Below are positions 46,345 to 54,991 of a stretch of DNA of 64,000 nucleotides, one piece after another. The position numbers and the translations under genes are program-made. Source of the stretch: Planctomycetota bacterium (GTDB lineage Bacteria > Planctomycetota > UBA1135 > UBA2386); contig JBEGVB010000062.1 of NCBI GenBank assembly GCA_041178545.1, positions 10 to 64,009 of the forward strand, written 5' to 3'. The notes below the pieces were generated by a model. The model was not told where the DNA came from. It saw nothing but the letters and a program-made list of their open reading frames with translations, and searched no databases. Within the stretch, counting starts at the first letter, position 1. Each line of letters begins with the position of its first letter.

Positions 46345-47288
46345 CGCACGCGCGATGCCGCCCGGGCGGCGAGCGCGTGGCAGCACAGCACGGTGACGGA
46401 GACGGCGAGGGCAGGGAAGAGCCACAGGTGCCACTTGCCGAGGTGGGCCCCGTCCCTGCCCTGGGCGAGGATGGCGCCCCACGATGCACGGTTGCCCCCG
46501 AGGCCGAGGAATGTCAGCGTGCTCTCCACCACCACCGCCTGCGCCACGACGAGCACGAACGTGACCGCCAGCTGGCTGCGCAGCTGGGGCAGCATGTGGC
46601 GCAACAGCAGGCTCGCGTTGCCGACCCCCAGCCCACGCGCGGCGAGCACGAAGTCCGCGTTGCGCATCGCGAGCAGTTCGGCGCGCACCATGCGGGCGAA
46701 GACCGGCCACGAGACCGCTGCCACCACGCACACGAGTGCCGTGGTGGACGGACCGAACAACGAGCCAGCCACCAGCGCGAGGAAGAGCGCCGGGAAGCAG
46801 AGGAACAACTCGACAAGGCCCAGAACCATCGCGTCGGCAAGCCCACCGCGCATGCCGGCGATGCTGCCGAGCAGCAGGCCGGTCGCCATTGCCAGCAGGG
46901 CCGAGAGGATGCCCACGAGCAGGGCGCTGCGCGCGCCGTGGAGCACGCGGCTGAACACGTCGCGACCGAGGTCGTCGCAACCCATCGGGTGCGCCCACGA
47001 CGGGCTCGCGTCGATGCGCCTGGTGTCGACGCGCTCCGGGCCGTGCGGCCATGGCGTGCGGATGCAGGTGTGGACCGAATCGTCCTCCTGCCGCGCCGTC
47101 CACGTCGCCCAGGTGTGACCTGCTGGCGGCGGCACCTCGGCCCCGAGCCAGTCCGCGACCGCGGGGAAGCGCAGGCCTGCAGCAGGGTCCTCTGCAACCA
47201 ACGGCAGGTCGTTGGCGACGAGCGGTGCGAACAACGCTGCGAGCACGAGGCACACGGCCAGCCAGCTCCAGAGCCTGCGCGCCGTCAC
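46341..47288 (-). CDS. peptide ABC transporter permease (DppC/OppC type)
   Basis: ORF 46341..47288 (GTG start overlapping the dppB-type stop, GTGA). HPMGCDDLGRDVFSRVLHG, EAA-loop region AARGLGVGNASLLLRHMLPQ. Confidence 0.85.
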   Translation of the reverse strand: MTARRLWSWLAVCLVLAALFAPLVANDLPLVAEDPAAGLRFPAVADWLGAEVPPPAGHTWATWTARQEDDSVHTCIRTPWPHGPERVDTRRIDASPSWAHPMGCDDLGRDVFSRVLHGARSALLVGILSALLAMATGLLLGSIAGMRGGLADAMVLGLVELFLCFPALFLALVAGSLFGPSTTALVCVVAAVSWPVFARMVRAELLAMRNADFVLAARGLGVGNASLLLRHMLPQLRSQLAVTFVLVVAQAVVVESTLTFLGLGGNRASWGAILAQGRDGAHLGKWHLWLFPALAVSVTVLCCHALAARAASRVR

Positions 47289-48274
47289 GATGCGCTCCCA
47301 ACGCGCGGGTCGAGCGCGCGCTGCGCGAGGTCGGATGCCGTCATGCCCAGCAGCGTGGCCAGTGCGACCAGCAGCGTGAGGGCCATCACCATGGCCATGT
47401 CCTGGTCGACTGCTGCGCGGAACGCGAGGTGGCCCAGGCCGTCCATGGCGAACACCGACTCGACCACGATCGAGCCACCCACGAGCACCGGAACGAGGCC
47501 GCCTGCGAGCGTGGCGAGCGGGGCAGCCGCATGTCGCAAGAGGCGCGTGCGCACCTCAGGTTGCTCGACACCGAAGCCCTCCAGGGCCTGCGCGAAGGGC
47601 GCAGTCCGCGCGCGGCGCACCGACTCGCCCACGAACCGGGCCACCACCACCGTGAGCGGCACGGCCATGGTGGCCACCGGCAGCACGAGGCCGAGCAACG
47701 AGCCGCCGCGACCCGGGGCCCAGCCGGTGCTGGGGAACCACTGGAGGCCTGCTCCACCGAACGCGAGCAGCAGCAACGTGGCCAGCAGGAACTCGGGCAC
47801 CGACACCACGAGCATCGAACCCGTCGCGGCAAGCCGGTCTGCACGCGAACCGGCGCGCATGCCGGATGCGACTCCGATCTGGATGCCGACGACGAGGGCA
47901 AGCAGCGTCGAGCAGCAACCGAGCACGAGGGTTGCGGGCAGTGCCTCGCGGATGCGCTCCCCCACCGCGGGCTGGCCCGGCGACCGCGCGCCCGCGTCAC
48001 CGGAGAGAACGCTGCCGAGCCAGTTGCCGTAGCGGTTCAGGATCCCCAGCTCCTCGCCCGACCCGGGGTCGTGGGTGCCGTAACGGGTCCGCAGCGCACG
48101 CAGTGCCTGTGCACGGTCGGCGTCGGGTGCCAGCTCGCCCTGCGCCTCCATGCGCGCGAGCTCGATGGCCGCGCGGTCCGAGGGCGCGAGGTCGCCGAGC
48201 AGGAAGGTGACGAACGTGATGCCCAGCAGGGACGGGACCATCCGCAGGATCCGTCGCGCCAGGTACCGGAGCAT
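47285..48274 (-). CDS. peptide ABC transporter permease (DppB/OppB type)
   Basis: ORF 47285..48274. MLRYLARRILRMVPSLLGITFVTFLL, FAQALEGFGV. Confidence 0.9.
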   Translation of the reverse strand: MLRYLARRILRMVPSLLGITFVTFLLGDLAPSDRAAIELARMEAQGELAPDADRAQALRALRTRYGTHDPGSGEELGILNRYGNWLGSVLSGDAGARSPGQPAVGERIREALPATLVLGCCSTLLALVVGIQIGVASGMRAGSRADRLAATGSMLVVSVPEFLLATLLLLAFGGAGLQWFPSTGWAPGRGGSLLGLVLPVATMAVPLTVVVARFVGESVRRARTAPFAQALEGFGVEQPEVRTRLLRHAAAPLATLAGGLVPVLVGGSIVVESVFAMDGLGHLAFRAAVDQDMAMVMALTLLVALATLLGMTASDLAQRALDPRVGSAS

Positions 48275-48280
48275 GGGTCG

Positions 48281-49060
48281 TCAGCCCTCGAGGACCACGG
48301 CGAGGATCGCCTCGCGCGTCTCGTTCCATGCCTGCACCGGCTCGCGGCCGCGCAGGTACTCCAGCGTGAGGATGGGGATCTTCTTCTCGCGGCCGACCCA
48401 CGAGCCGAGCGACCCCGGCGTCGGTGCGATCTCGTCCGAGGGCTGGACGCGGTACCCACTCAGCTCGGAGAAGCGCTGCGCGAGGTGCTCGGCCGGCCCG
48501 TCGTAGTTGATGAAGTGGTCGCCGCGCCAGCTGTGGGCGACGATCACCAGGTCGGGCTGCAACTCGAGGATGAAGTCGTGCAGCAACTTCGACTCGGGCT
48601 GGTTGAGCGGCTGGCTGCCGAAGCGGCGGCTCGCCTGGAAGTTGGATGCCGGGTAGTTGCGGTTGAGGTCCACGCCGTTCGCGTTCCAACGCACGCCCAG
48701 CGCGGTGCCGTCCGGGTTGATGTCCTCGAGGATCGTGAGGCTCACCTTGTCGAGCGCGCCCTTGGTCTCGCGGAAGGCACGCGGGAGCGATGCCGTCGCA
48801 TGCGCACCTTCCCGTTCGTCGCCGTGGATGCCGCCCACCCACAGGACCTTGCGCGGCCCGGTGCCGAGCGTCACGGTGCGGATCGAACGGCCTTGCACGC
48901 TGGTGCCGATCTCCTTCCAGCGCAGCGGCTGGCTGGCAGCGGTCTCGCCCATTGGCGCCGGACTCTCCGCAAGCGGCTTGCGCCACGGTGGGTTGCGCGG
49001 GTGGAAGCTGCCACAGGCAGCGAGAGTCGCGCACAGTCCGAGGACGAGGAGGGTCCGCAT
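48281..49060 (-). CDS. M14-family zinc carboxypeptidase/amidase lipoprotein (MpaA-like)
   Basis: Distal part of ORF 48281..49105. ATG 49060 MRTLLVLGLCATLAA/C lipobox. GGIHGDEREG (HxxE), VDLNRNYP. Confidence 0.85.
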   Translation of the reverse strand: MRTLLVLGLCATLAACGSFHPRNPPWRKPLAESPAPMGETAASQPLRWKEIGTSVQGRSIRTVTLGTGPRKVLWVGGIHGDEREGAHATASLPRAFRETKGALDKVSLTILEDINPDGTALGVRWNANGVDLNRNYPASNFQASRRFGSQPLNQPESKLLHDFILELQPDLVIVAHSWRGDHFINYDGPAEHLAQRFSELSGYRVQPSDEIAPTPGSLGSWVGREKKIPILTLEYLRGREPVQAWNETREAILAVVLEG

Positions 49061-49101
49061 CGGCCGCGCACGATAGCACGCGCGCACGTGCGACGGGCAG
49101 C

Positions 49102-50133
49102 TCACCCTGCCGAACCCGCGCCCGTGGTGAACCCGTGGACGAGCGGGTCCGAGGGGTCGAGCACGAAGTTCTGGAACCCCGTGACGAACGCAGCGCCCTC
49201 GACCTCGGGCACGACAGCGGTCCTCCCGTCCACGGTCGTGGTGCCGACGATGCGCGCCGTGAAGCTGGTCCCCAGCACGCTCTGCGACACGAACTCCTCC
49301 CCCACCGCGAGTTCACCGTGGGCATGCAGCACTGCGAGCTTGGCCGAGGTGCCGGTGCCGCAGGGCGACCGGTCGTAGGCCGTGCCCGGGCAAAGCGTGA
49401 GCGCGCGCGAGCCCTTCCTGCCGCCACTGTCCACGGGGACGAACAGCTTCACGTGGTCGATCTCCTCCTCGCGCCCGGTGTGCGGGTTGGGACCGCGGAC
49501 GCCAGCAGCGCGCAGTGCGTCGCGCACTGCCATTGCAGTGCCCATCAGCGGGCCGAGCTGTCGCGGCTCCACGCCGAGGCCGAGGGTGCGCGCGTCCACG
49601 AAGGCGAACCAGTTGCCACCGTAGGCGACGTCTGCCGTGCCCTTGCGGCCGTCGGGCAACGCGAACGGGACCGCGCGGCGCCAGAGGAACGATGCCACGT
49701 TGGTGATGCGCACCGACACGGGCCTCCCGTCCACGACGCGCACCGAGCAGTGCACGAGCCCTGCCGGGGTGTCCAGCACGACCTTCGTCTCGGGCGCCAC
49801 CGCAGGCACCATCCCGGTGCCCACCGCCACCATGGCGACGCCGATCGAGCCGTGGCCGCAGGTTCCCAGGTAACCGACGTCGTTCGCGAACACCACGCCG
49901 AGTTGGGCCAACGGGTCGCAGGGCGGCAGCAGGTAGGCGAGGACGATGGCGTCGTGGCCGCGCGGCTCGTGCACGAGGGCCCGGCGCAGGTGGTCGTGGT
50001 GCAACCGGAGCTGTTCGCGCTTGTCCGCCATGGTCCTGCCCTGCACGGCCGGCAACCCACCGGTCAGGATGCGCGTGGGCTCGCCCTCGGTGTGGGAGTC
50101 GATGGCCTGGACGACGGCAGCGAAGGACAGCAT
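49102..50133 (-). CDS. proline racemase-family enzyme (both catalytic Cys present: racemase/4-hydroxyproline epimerase type)
   Basis: Distal part of ORF 49102..50229. ATG 50133 MLSFAAVVQAIDSHTEGEP. GYLGTCGHG and DRSPCGTGTSA. Confidence 0.9.
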   Translation of the reverse strand: MLSFAAVVQAIDSHTEGEPTRILTGGLPAVQGRTMADKREQLRLHHDHLRRALVHEPRGHDAIVLAYLLPPCDPLAQLGVVFANDVGYLGTCGHGSIGVAMVAVGTGMVPAVAPETKVVLDTPAGLVHCSVRVVDGRPVSVRITNVASFLWRRAVPFALPDGRKGTADVAYGGNWFAFVDARTLGLGVEPRQLGPLMGTAMAVRDALRAAGVRGPNPHTGREEEIDHVKLFVPVDSGGRKGSRALTLCPGTAYDRSPCGTGTSAKLAVLHAHGELAVGEEFVSQSVLGTSFTARIVGTTTVDGRTAVVPEVEGAAFVTGFQNFVLDPSDPLVHGFTTGAGSAG

Positions 50134-50170
50134 GGCGACATCATGCCGCAACCCTCCGCCCGGGCCAGCT

Positions 50171-51001
50171 TCACGCAGGCAGCGGCGCGGCAGCGCGCAC
50201 CGTGACGACGCACACCTCGGGGGGCGCACCGATACGGACAGGCAGCAGCGTGACGCCCACGCCGCGGCTCACGTACAGGCTGCTGGACCCGATCCGGAAC
50301 CAGCCAGCCTCGTACCCCATGCGGCTGTGGTGCACCGGGGCCCAGCCGCCGATGCGGACCTGCCCGCCGTGGGTGTGGCCCGACAGGACGAGGTCGACCC
50401 CGTGGCCCGCGGCCTCGACAAAACTGTCGGGATGGTGTGCGAGCAGCAGGCACGGCTCACCGGGACGGCGGCCGGCAAGGGCACGGGGCAGGTCCGGCTG
50501 CCCCTCCGTGAGGTCGTCGATGCCGCACAGCCACAGCGAGGCACCTCCCTGCTCGACACGCTGGCCGCGGTTGTCGAGCACGTTCACGCCACGGGCGGAG
50601 AGCCACGACTTCCAGCGCCCGATGTCGCGTGCGAAGTAGTGGTCGTGGTTGCCGGGGACGGCATGGATGCCGTGGGGTGCACGCAACGTCTTCAGCGGCG
50701 CATCGAAGAGGTCCAGCTCCCGTTCCAGCGTGTTGATGAGGTCGCCGCCGAGGCAGATCGCGTCGGGTTCGGACGCCATCACCAGGTCGAACACCTGCTG
50801 CAGGTCCTGTTCGCCGAGGAAGCTGCCGGCGTGGATGTCGCTGAGGAAGGCGATGCGCAGCCCGTCGAGACCGGCGTGGCCGGCACCGACGCGCAGCTCG
50901 AGCGGTACGAGTCCGATGCCGCGCAACACGCGGCGGTGCAGCCACCGACCGGGAGGCAGCGCGTCGAGGACGCGGTTGACCACGGCAGTGGACTCCGACA
51001 T
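50171..51001 (-). CDS. metallophosphoesterase
   Basis: Distal part of ORF 50171..51250. ATG 51001. SDIHAG, GGDLI, GNHDH, SGHTHGG. Confidence 0.85.
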   Translation of the reverse strand: MSESTAVVNRVLDALPPGRWLHRRVLRGIGLVPLELRVGAGHAGLDGLRIAFLSDIHAGSFLGEQDLQQVFDLVMASEPDAICLGGDLINTLERELDLFDAPLKTLRAPHGIHAVPGNHDHYFARDIGRWKSWLSARGVNVLDNRGQRVEQGGASLWLCGIDDLTEGQPDLPRALAGRRPGEPCLLLAHHPDSFVEAAGHGVDLVLSGHTHGGQVRIGGWAPVHHSRMGYEAGWFRIGSSSLYVSRGVGVTLLPVRIGAPPEVCVVTVRAAAPLPA

Positions 51002-51074
51002 CAGGCGCCAGAGGAACCGCCGCAGCGTGGGAAAGGAACGGTGCGGGAGCCGCAACGGCGGCTTTGCCGATGGC

Positions 51075-51758
51075 TCAGCGCGTGGCTGGGAGGTTGCGGA
51101 CGAGGTTGGCGACGTGGAGTCGGGTGACCTCGTCTGCCCTGCGCTGTGCTGCGGTCTGGAATCCACCTTCGATGCCGAGCGTACGGGCTGCAGCCGCCGT
51201 GGGCAGCACCGTCTCTCCTGCGTCTGCCGCAGGCACGCCGAGCACGGCACTGGCCTTGGCGGTCAGCAGGGTCGCCTGGGTGGCGTGCCCCATCATTGCA
51301 GCGTGGTTGGCCATGGTCCGGAGGACCAGCGCGCGGCGGCCGGTCTCGGACGCGGGCAGGGAACGTTCGTACGTGTAGAGCGTCTCCATCGCAGCCCGCA
51401 GGTTGCCGGAGCCAGACTGTTCGAGTGCCGTCACCCACTGGTCGTCTGCACCCGAGGGGGCCGTGGGCAGCAGTGGCACCAGCAACACCGTGGCAAGCAG
51501 GGTCGCCGTGACCAGCATGGCGCGCTGCAGCAGGGGCGTGCCGCGGCTGTTGCCGTGGGAGGGCACACTCGCGGCCGTGTTCCGCGTGCCGAGGGAGGGC
51601 AAGGTTGCACTGCGCTCGCGCGGGAGTTCGACCGGCCGTTCTTGGGCGAGCGTTTCCCCGCTGGCCATCAGCTGGGCAAGGTCCTGGCCCTGCACCCCGG
51701 GGACGGGGGCATTCGTCTGGTTGGAGGAAGCGAGTTCGGGCGTGGGCGACGGCTTCAT
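51075..51758 (-). CDS. hypothetical single-pass membrane protein
   Basis: Distal part of ORF 51075..51836. ATG 51758 is preceded by AGGAG. Disordered N-terminus, TM AMLVTATLLATVLLVPLLP, C-terminal ~120-aa domain. Confidence 0.55.
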   Translation of the reverse strand: MKPSPTPELASSNQTNAPVPGVQGQDLAQLMASGETLAQERPVELPRERSATLPSLGTRNTAASVPSHGNSRGTPLLQRAMLVTATLLATVLLVPLLPTAPSGADDQWVTALEQSGSGNLRAAMETLYTYERSLPASETGRRALVLRTMANHAAMMGHATQATLLTAKASAVLGVPAADAGETVLPTAAAARTLGIEGGFQTAAQRRADEVTRLHVANLVRNLPATR

Positions 51759-51803
51759 GGGAGTCGACTCCTGTGAGGGGGATCCTGGGTACCTGTCGGC
51801 ATC

Positions 51804-51819
51804 TGCCACAGTCGTGCCT
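51804..51819 (-). promoter_or_regulatory. sigma54-type -24/-12 promoter candidate
   Basis: The minus strand reads aGGCACGactgTGGCA, versus consensus TGGCACG-N4-TTGCA. GG and GC are at the correct spacing. It lies 46-61 nt upstream of ATG 51758. Confidence 0.4.
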
Positions 51820-51835
51820 GAGCGGGACCGGCGCA

Positions 51836-51854
51836 CCGTCCCGCTCCGGGACGG
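51836..51854 (-). terminator. 8-bp GC stem-loop 11 nt after the activator stop
   Basis: ccgtcccg-ctc-cgggacgg. Confidence 0.4.
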
Positions 51855-51864
51855 CGCGACGAGG

Positions 51865-53286
51865 TCAGGCGTTGGCAGTCATGCCCTGCTGGCCACGGGA
51901 GAGCTTGTGCAGCCGGATCTTGTTGTAGAGCGTCGTGCGGTTGATCCCGAGCTCAGCCGCAGCGCGGCTGATGTTCCACTGGGTCTCCTCCAGGACGCGG
52001 GCGATCAGCTGGCCCTCCAGCGACTCGAGCGAACGGCTCGCGGAGTGCAGCACGATCTCGTTGGCAGCGATGCGGTCGGAACCGGAACTGCTGCCGCCGT
52101 GGAACTGGGGCAGGTGGGACTCCTGGACCATGCCTCCCTTGCACGCGATGCAGGCATGCTCGATGGCATTGCGCAGTTCCCTGACGTTGCCGGGCCACGT
52201 GTGCTCGACGAGGTCCTCCATCGCCTCCTCGGTGAAGCCGCTGAGCTTGCGGCCCATCTGCAGGCGGAACTGGTCGAGGAAGAAGTGCGCGAGCAACGGG
52301 ATGTCCGCAGCCCGGGTGCGTAGCGAGGGGACCTCCACCAGTCCTGCGTGCAGCTGGTGGAACAACTCGGCGCGGAAGGACCCGCGGTCCATGGCCCCAC
52401 GGAGTTCGACGGTGCTGGAGGCGAGGATCCGCACGTCGAAGGTGCGGTCTGCGGTGCCGCCGACGCGACGGTAGGTGCGGTCGCGCATCGCGCGGACGAG
52501 CTTGCCCTGCAGTGCAGGGTCCACCGCAGCGATCTCGTCGAGCAGGATGGTGCCGCCGGCAGCGAGGGCGAACAGCCCCTCGCGCGCCTGGCCGCGAGCC
52601 GAGGCGCTGACGCCTGCCTCGTGGCCGAACAGGGCGACCTCGAGGTCCTGTCCCTGCAGGGCAGAGCAGTTGACGACGTGGAAGGGGCCGTGCTTGCGGC
52701 TGCTGTTCTCGTGGATGGAGCGGGCGGCAAGCTCCTTGCCGCTGCCCGCCTCACCCTGCAGCAGGGCAGGACTGTCGGGAACCGCGGCGATCTCGAGGAC
52801 ACGCTCCTGCAGTGCCCGCATCACCGGCGTGAGGCCAATCGCCTCGGTGGCGCAGAGGGACTGCACGCGCTGGCGCTCCATGGCCACCTGCACACGCAGC
52901 TGTCGCAGCTCCAGCACGCGACGCGTGGTGGCGAGCAGCCGCCCGAAGTCGAGCGGGAGGCCGATCACGTCCTCCGCTCCCTCGCGCATCACCTGCAGCG
53001 GGTCGAGGCCACAGGCTTCCTCGGCGAGGAACACCACGTCCGTGGGGCGCTCCGAGGAACGCAGCATGGTGAGGGTCTCCGGGCTGCAGGCACCCTGCAC
53101 CCTCGCATCGACGAACGCGAGGTCGAAGGCCGTGGCACGACAGGCATCGGCTGCATCGCGCAGGCCGGATGCCACCGTGACCAGCAGGCCCTCGCCCTGC
53201 AAGAGCTTGCAGAGGGGACGCGCGACGGTGTCGCTGCCGGTGAGGAGGAGGATCTGGGGGATACCGGGGAAGTGGAGGTGCTTCAT
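51865..53286 (-). CDS. NtrC-family AAA+ enhancer-binding-type regulator with atypical receiver and degenerate GAFTGA
   Basis: Distal part of ORF 51865..54726. ATG 53286 MKHLHF. Walker A GEAGSGKE, Walker B GGTILLDEI, WPGNVRELRN, Fis-type HTH NISRAAAELGINRTTLYNKI. The L1 loop reads FGHEAGVSASARG. Confidence 0.9.
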   Translation of the reverse strand: MKHLHFPGIPQILLLTGSDTVARPLCKLLQGEGLLVTVASGLRDAADACRATAFDLAFVDARVQGACSPETLTMLRSSERPTDVVFLAEEACGLDPLQVMREGAEDVIGLPLDFGRLLATTRRVLELRQLRVQVAMERQRVQSLCATEAIGLTPVMRALQERVLEIAAVPDSPALLQGEAGSGKELAARSIHENSSRKHGPFHVVNCSALQGQDLEVALFGHEAGVSASARGQAREGLFALAAGGTILLDEIAAVDPALQGKLVRAMRDRTYRRVGGTADRTFDVRILASSTVELRGAMDRGSFRAELFHQLHAGLVEVPSLRTRAADIPLLAHFFLDQFRLQMGRKLSGFTEEAMEDLVEHTWPGNVRELRNAIEHACIACKGGMVQESHLPQFHGGSSSGSDRIAANEIVLHSASRSLESLEGQLIARVLEETQWNISRAAAELGINRTTLYNKIRLHKLSRGQQGMTANA

Positions 53287-53532
53287 GTTCGGACGCGTGC
53301 TGGGTGCGGGGGCACACAGCTCCTTGGCAACGAGTCTTTCGGCAGGGCGTGCGTCGAACTTTTGGTCGCTGTCACTTTTCCTCCGTCGCCGGGTGCGACA
53401 CAGGGTTGCAGAAGCCGACGGCCGCACCGGATTCCCACTGGGGCTGGGGCACGTCGCCACACCGAGGCGCAGCTGACCCCCTCCCTTCGGCCCGGGGGCG
53501 GGACTTGTGCCCGGGGCTATCCTGCGCCCGAC

Positions 53533-54210
53533 ATGATCTGGTTCCGCAGGAAGAGCCGTGGCGTCGTGTCCTCCCACCCGGAGGTGCGCAACAGCCTGTT
53601 CGGGGACGAGTCGCTGGCCAGCTGTGCCGAGGTGGTGCCCGACGACCCCGACACGCCGTGGGCAAGGTTGCACGCAGCCCGTGCCGCGCAGCAAGTGGGC
53701 GACGTTCGCCAGGCAGTGTCGCAGTTGCGCGGCTTGCTGGAACTGCCGGAGATCGAGACACGGCTGCGGCTGCAGGCATGGAGCTGCCTGCGCGAGCTGG
53801 GCGAGGTGCCTTCGGCGGGAGTGGGACCGGTCGAACGCGGCGTGGTGGTGGAGAGCGCAGGTCCCGACGGCCTGCTGACCCTTGCCGTCTACGAGGACAT
53901 GACCGCCTGCCTCGTCGAGCCGTCGGGTCTGTGCGTCGACTGGGTCACCCCGGACGAGACGGTCCAGCACCACGTCCGCAGGATCCTCCAGCTCGCGCAG
54001 GTGGTGCTCGACAGGACCCATCCGGTCCAGGGCCCGCGCGAACCGGCGCCCGAACCAGGCCACGCGTCCATCACCGTCCTCACCTACGCAGGCCCTCACA
54101 GCGGCAGTGACGAGGTCGCGCGACTGGAAGCGGATGCGATGGGTGGCCCGCTGCTGCGCGAGGCCGCGATGCTTCGTCGCGAGCTTGCTGCGCGCAAGCA
54201 GCTGCGCTGA
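53533..54210 (+). CDS. hypothetical protein
   Basis: Distal part of ORF 52348..54210. ATG 53533 MIWFRRKSRG. Coding-like G/C3 bias. Lies 22 nt upstream of birA. Confidence 0.55.
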   Translation: MIWFRRKSRGVVSSHPEVRNSLFGDESLASCAEVVPDDPDTPWARLHAARAAQQVGDVRQAVSQLRGLLELPEIETRLRLQAWSCLRELGEVPSAGVGPVERGVVVESAGPDGLLTLAVYEDMTACLVEPSGLCVDWVTPDETVQHHVRRILQLAQVVLDRTHPVQGPREPAPEPGHASITVLTYAGPHSGSDEVARLEADAMGGPLLREAAMLRRELAARKQLR

Positions 54211-54232
54211 ACTGCGCGCCGTGACGAAACCC

Positions 54233-54991
54233 ATGGACGACCAGCAGTTGCAGGAGGCACTGCGCGCGACCACGCGATTCGCACGGCTCGAGCACCACCA
54301 CGAGTGCGACTCGACCCAGGACCTCGCCGCCCGCGACGAGCTGGCGGGGGACTCGGTGCACTGGGCAGACCACCAGACGCGCGGTCGAGGCCGCAGCGAC
54401 CACGTTTGGCAGGACGAACCGGGACTCGACCTCGCCGTGACCTTCTGCGTGCGCGGCCTCGTGCCGGTGTCGCCGCTTGCACTGCCGATGGCGGTGCCGC
54501 TCGCGGCGGCACAGACGGTCGAGCCCCACCTGGGCAAGCCGGTGCGCATCAAGTGGCCCAACGACGTGCTGGTGGGCGGTCGCAAGGTCTGCGGCGTGCT
54601 CATCGACGGGCTCGGCGGTGCTTCCCCCACCTGGCTGCTGGGCATCGGTCTCAACGTGAACCGGGTCCGTTTCCCCCCGCACCTGGAGCACCTCGCCACC
54701 TCCCTGGCACTGGAAGGCGGCCGCATGGTGGACCGCCACGCGCTGCTGCTGGCACTTGCCCAGAACCTCGAGCGGGCACTGGCACTCGCGACGGGCCCAC
54801 GCGCAGCAGAACTCCTGCCCGCCTACCGCAGCAGGACCGGACTCATGGGTCGCATCGTGCAGGTCCAGACGCATGCGGAGCGCGTCCGCGGAGCGCTCGT
54901 CGACGTCGACTTCGAGAACGTCACCCTCGACACCGGGCGCAGGATCGCCCTCGGCTCGGTGGTCTCGCTGCGCGAGGCCGACTCAGAGTGA
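54233..54991 (+). CDS. birA: biotin--[acetyl-CoA-carboxylase] ligase (no N-terminal HTH)
   Basis: Distal part of ORF 54107..54991. ATG 54233. HQTRGRGRSDHVW, KWPNDVLVGGRKVCGVL. Confidence 0.85.
   Translation: MDDQQLQEALRATTRFARLEHHHECDSTQDLAARDELAGDSVHWADHQTRGRGRSDHVWQDEPGLDLAVTFCVRGLVPVSPLALPMAVPLAAAQTVEPHLGKPVRIKWPNDVLVGGRKVCGVLIDGLGGASPTWLLGIGLNVNRVRFPPHLEHLATSLALEGGRMVDRHALLLALAQNLERALALATGPRAAELLPAYRSRTGLMGRIVQVQTHAERVRGALVDVDFENVTLDTGRRIALGSVVSLREADSE

Noticed and set aside
51865-54726. 953-aa ORF extending the NtrC-type regulator upstream
   Set aside because: The extension overlaps the plus-strand hypothetical and birA genes and the divergent promoter region. The regulator's receiver begins cleanly at ATG 53286.
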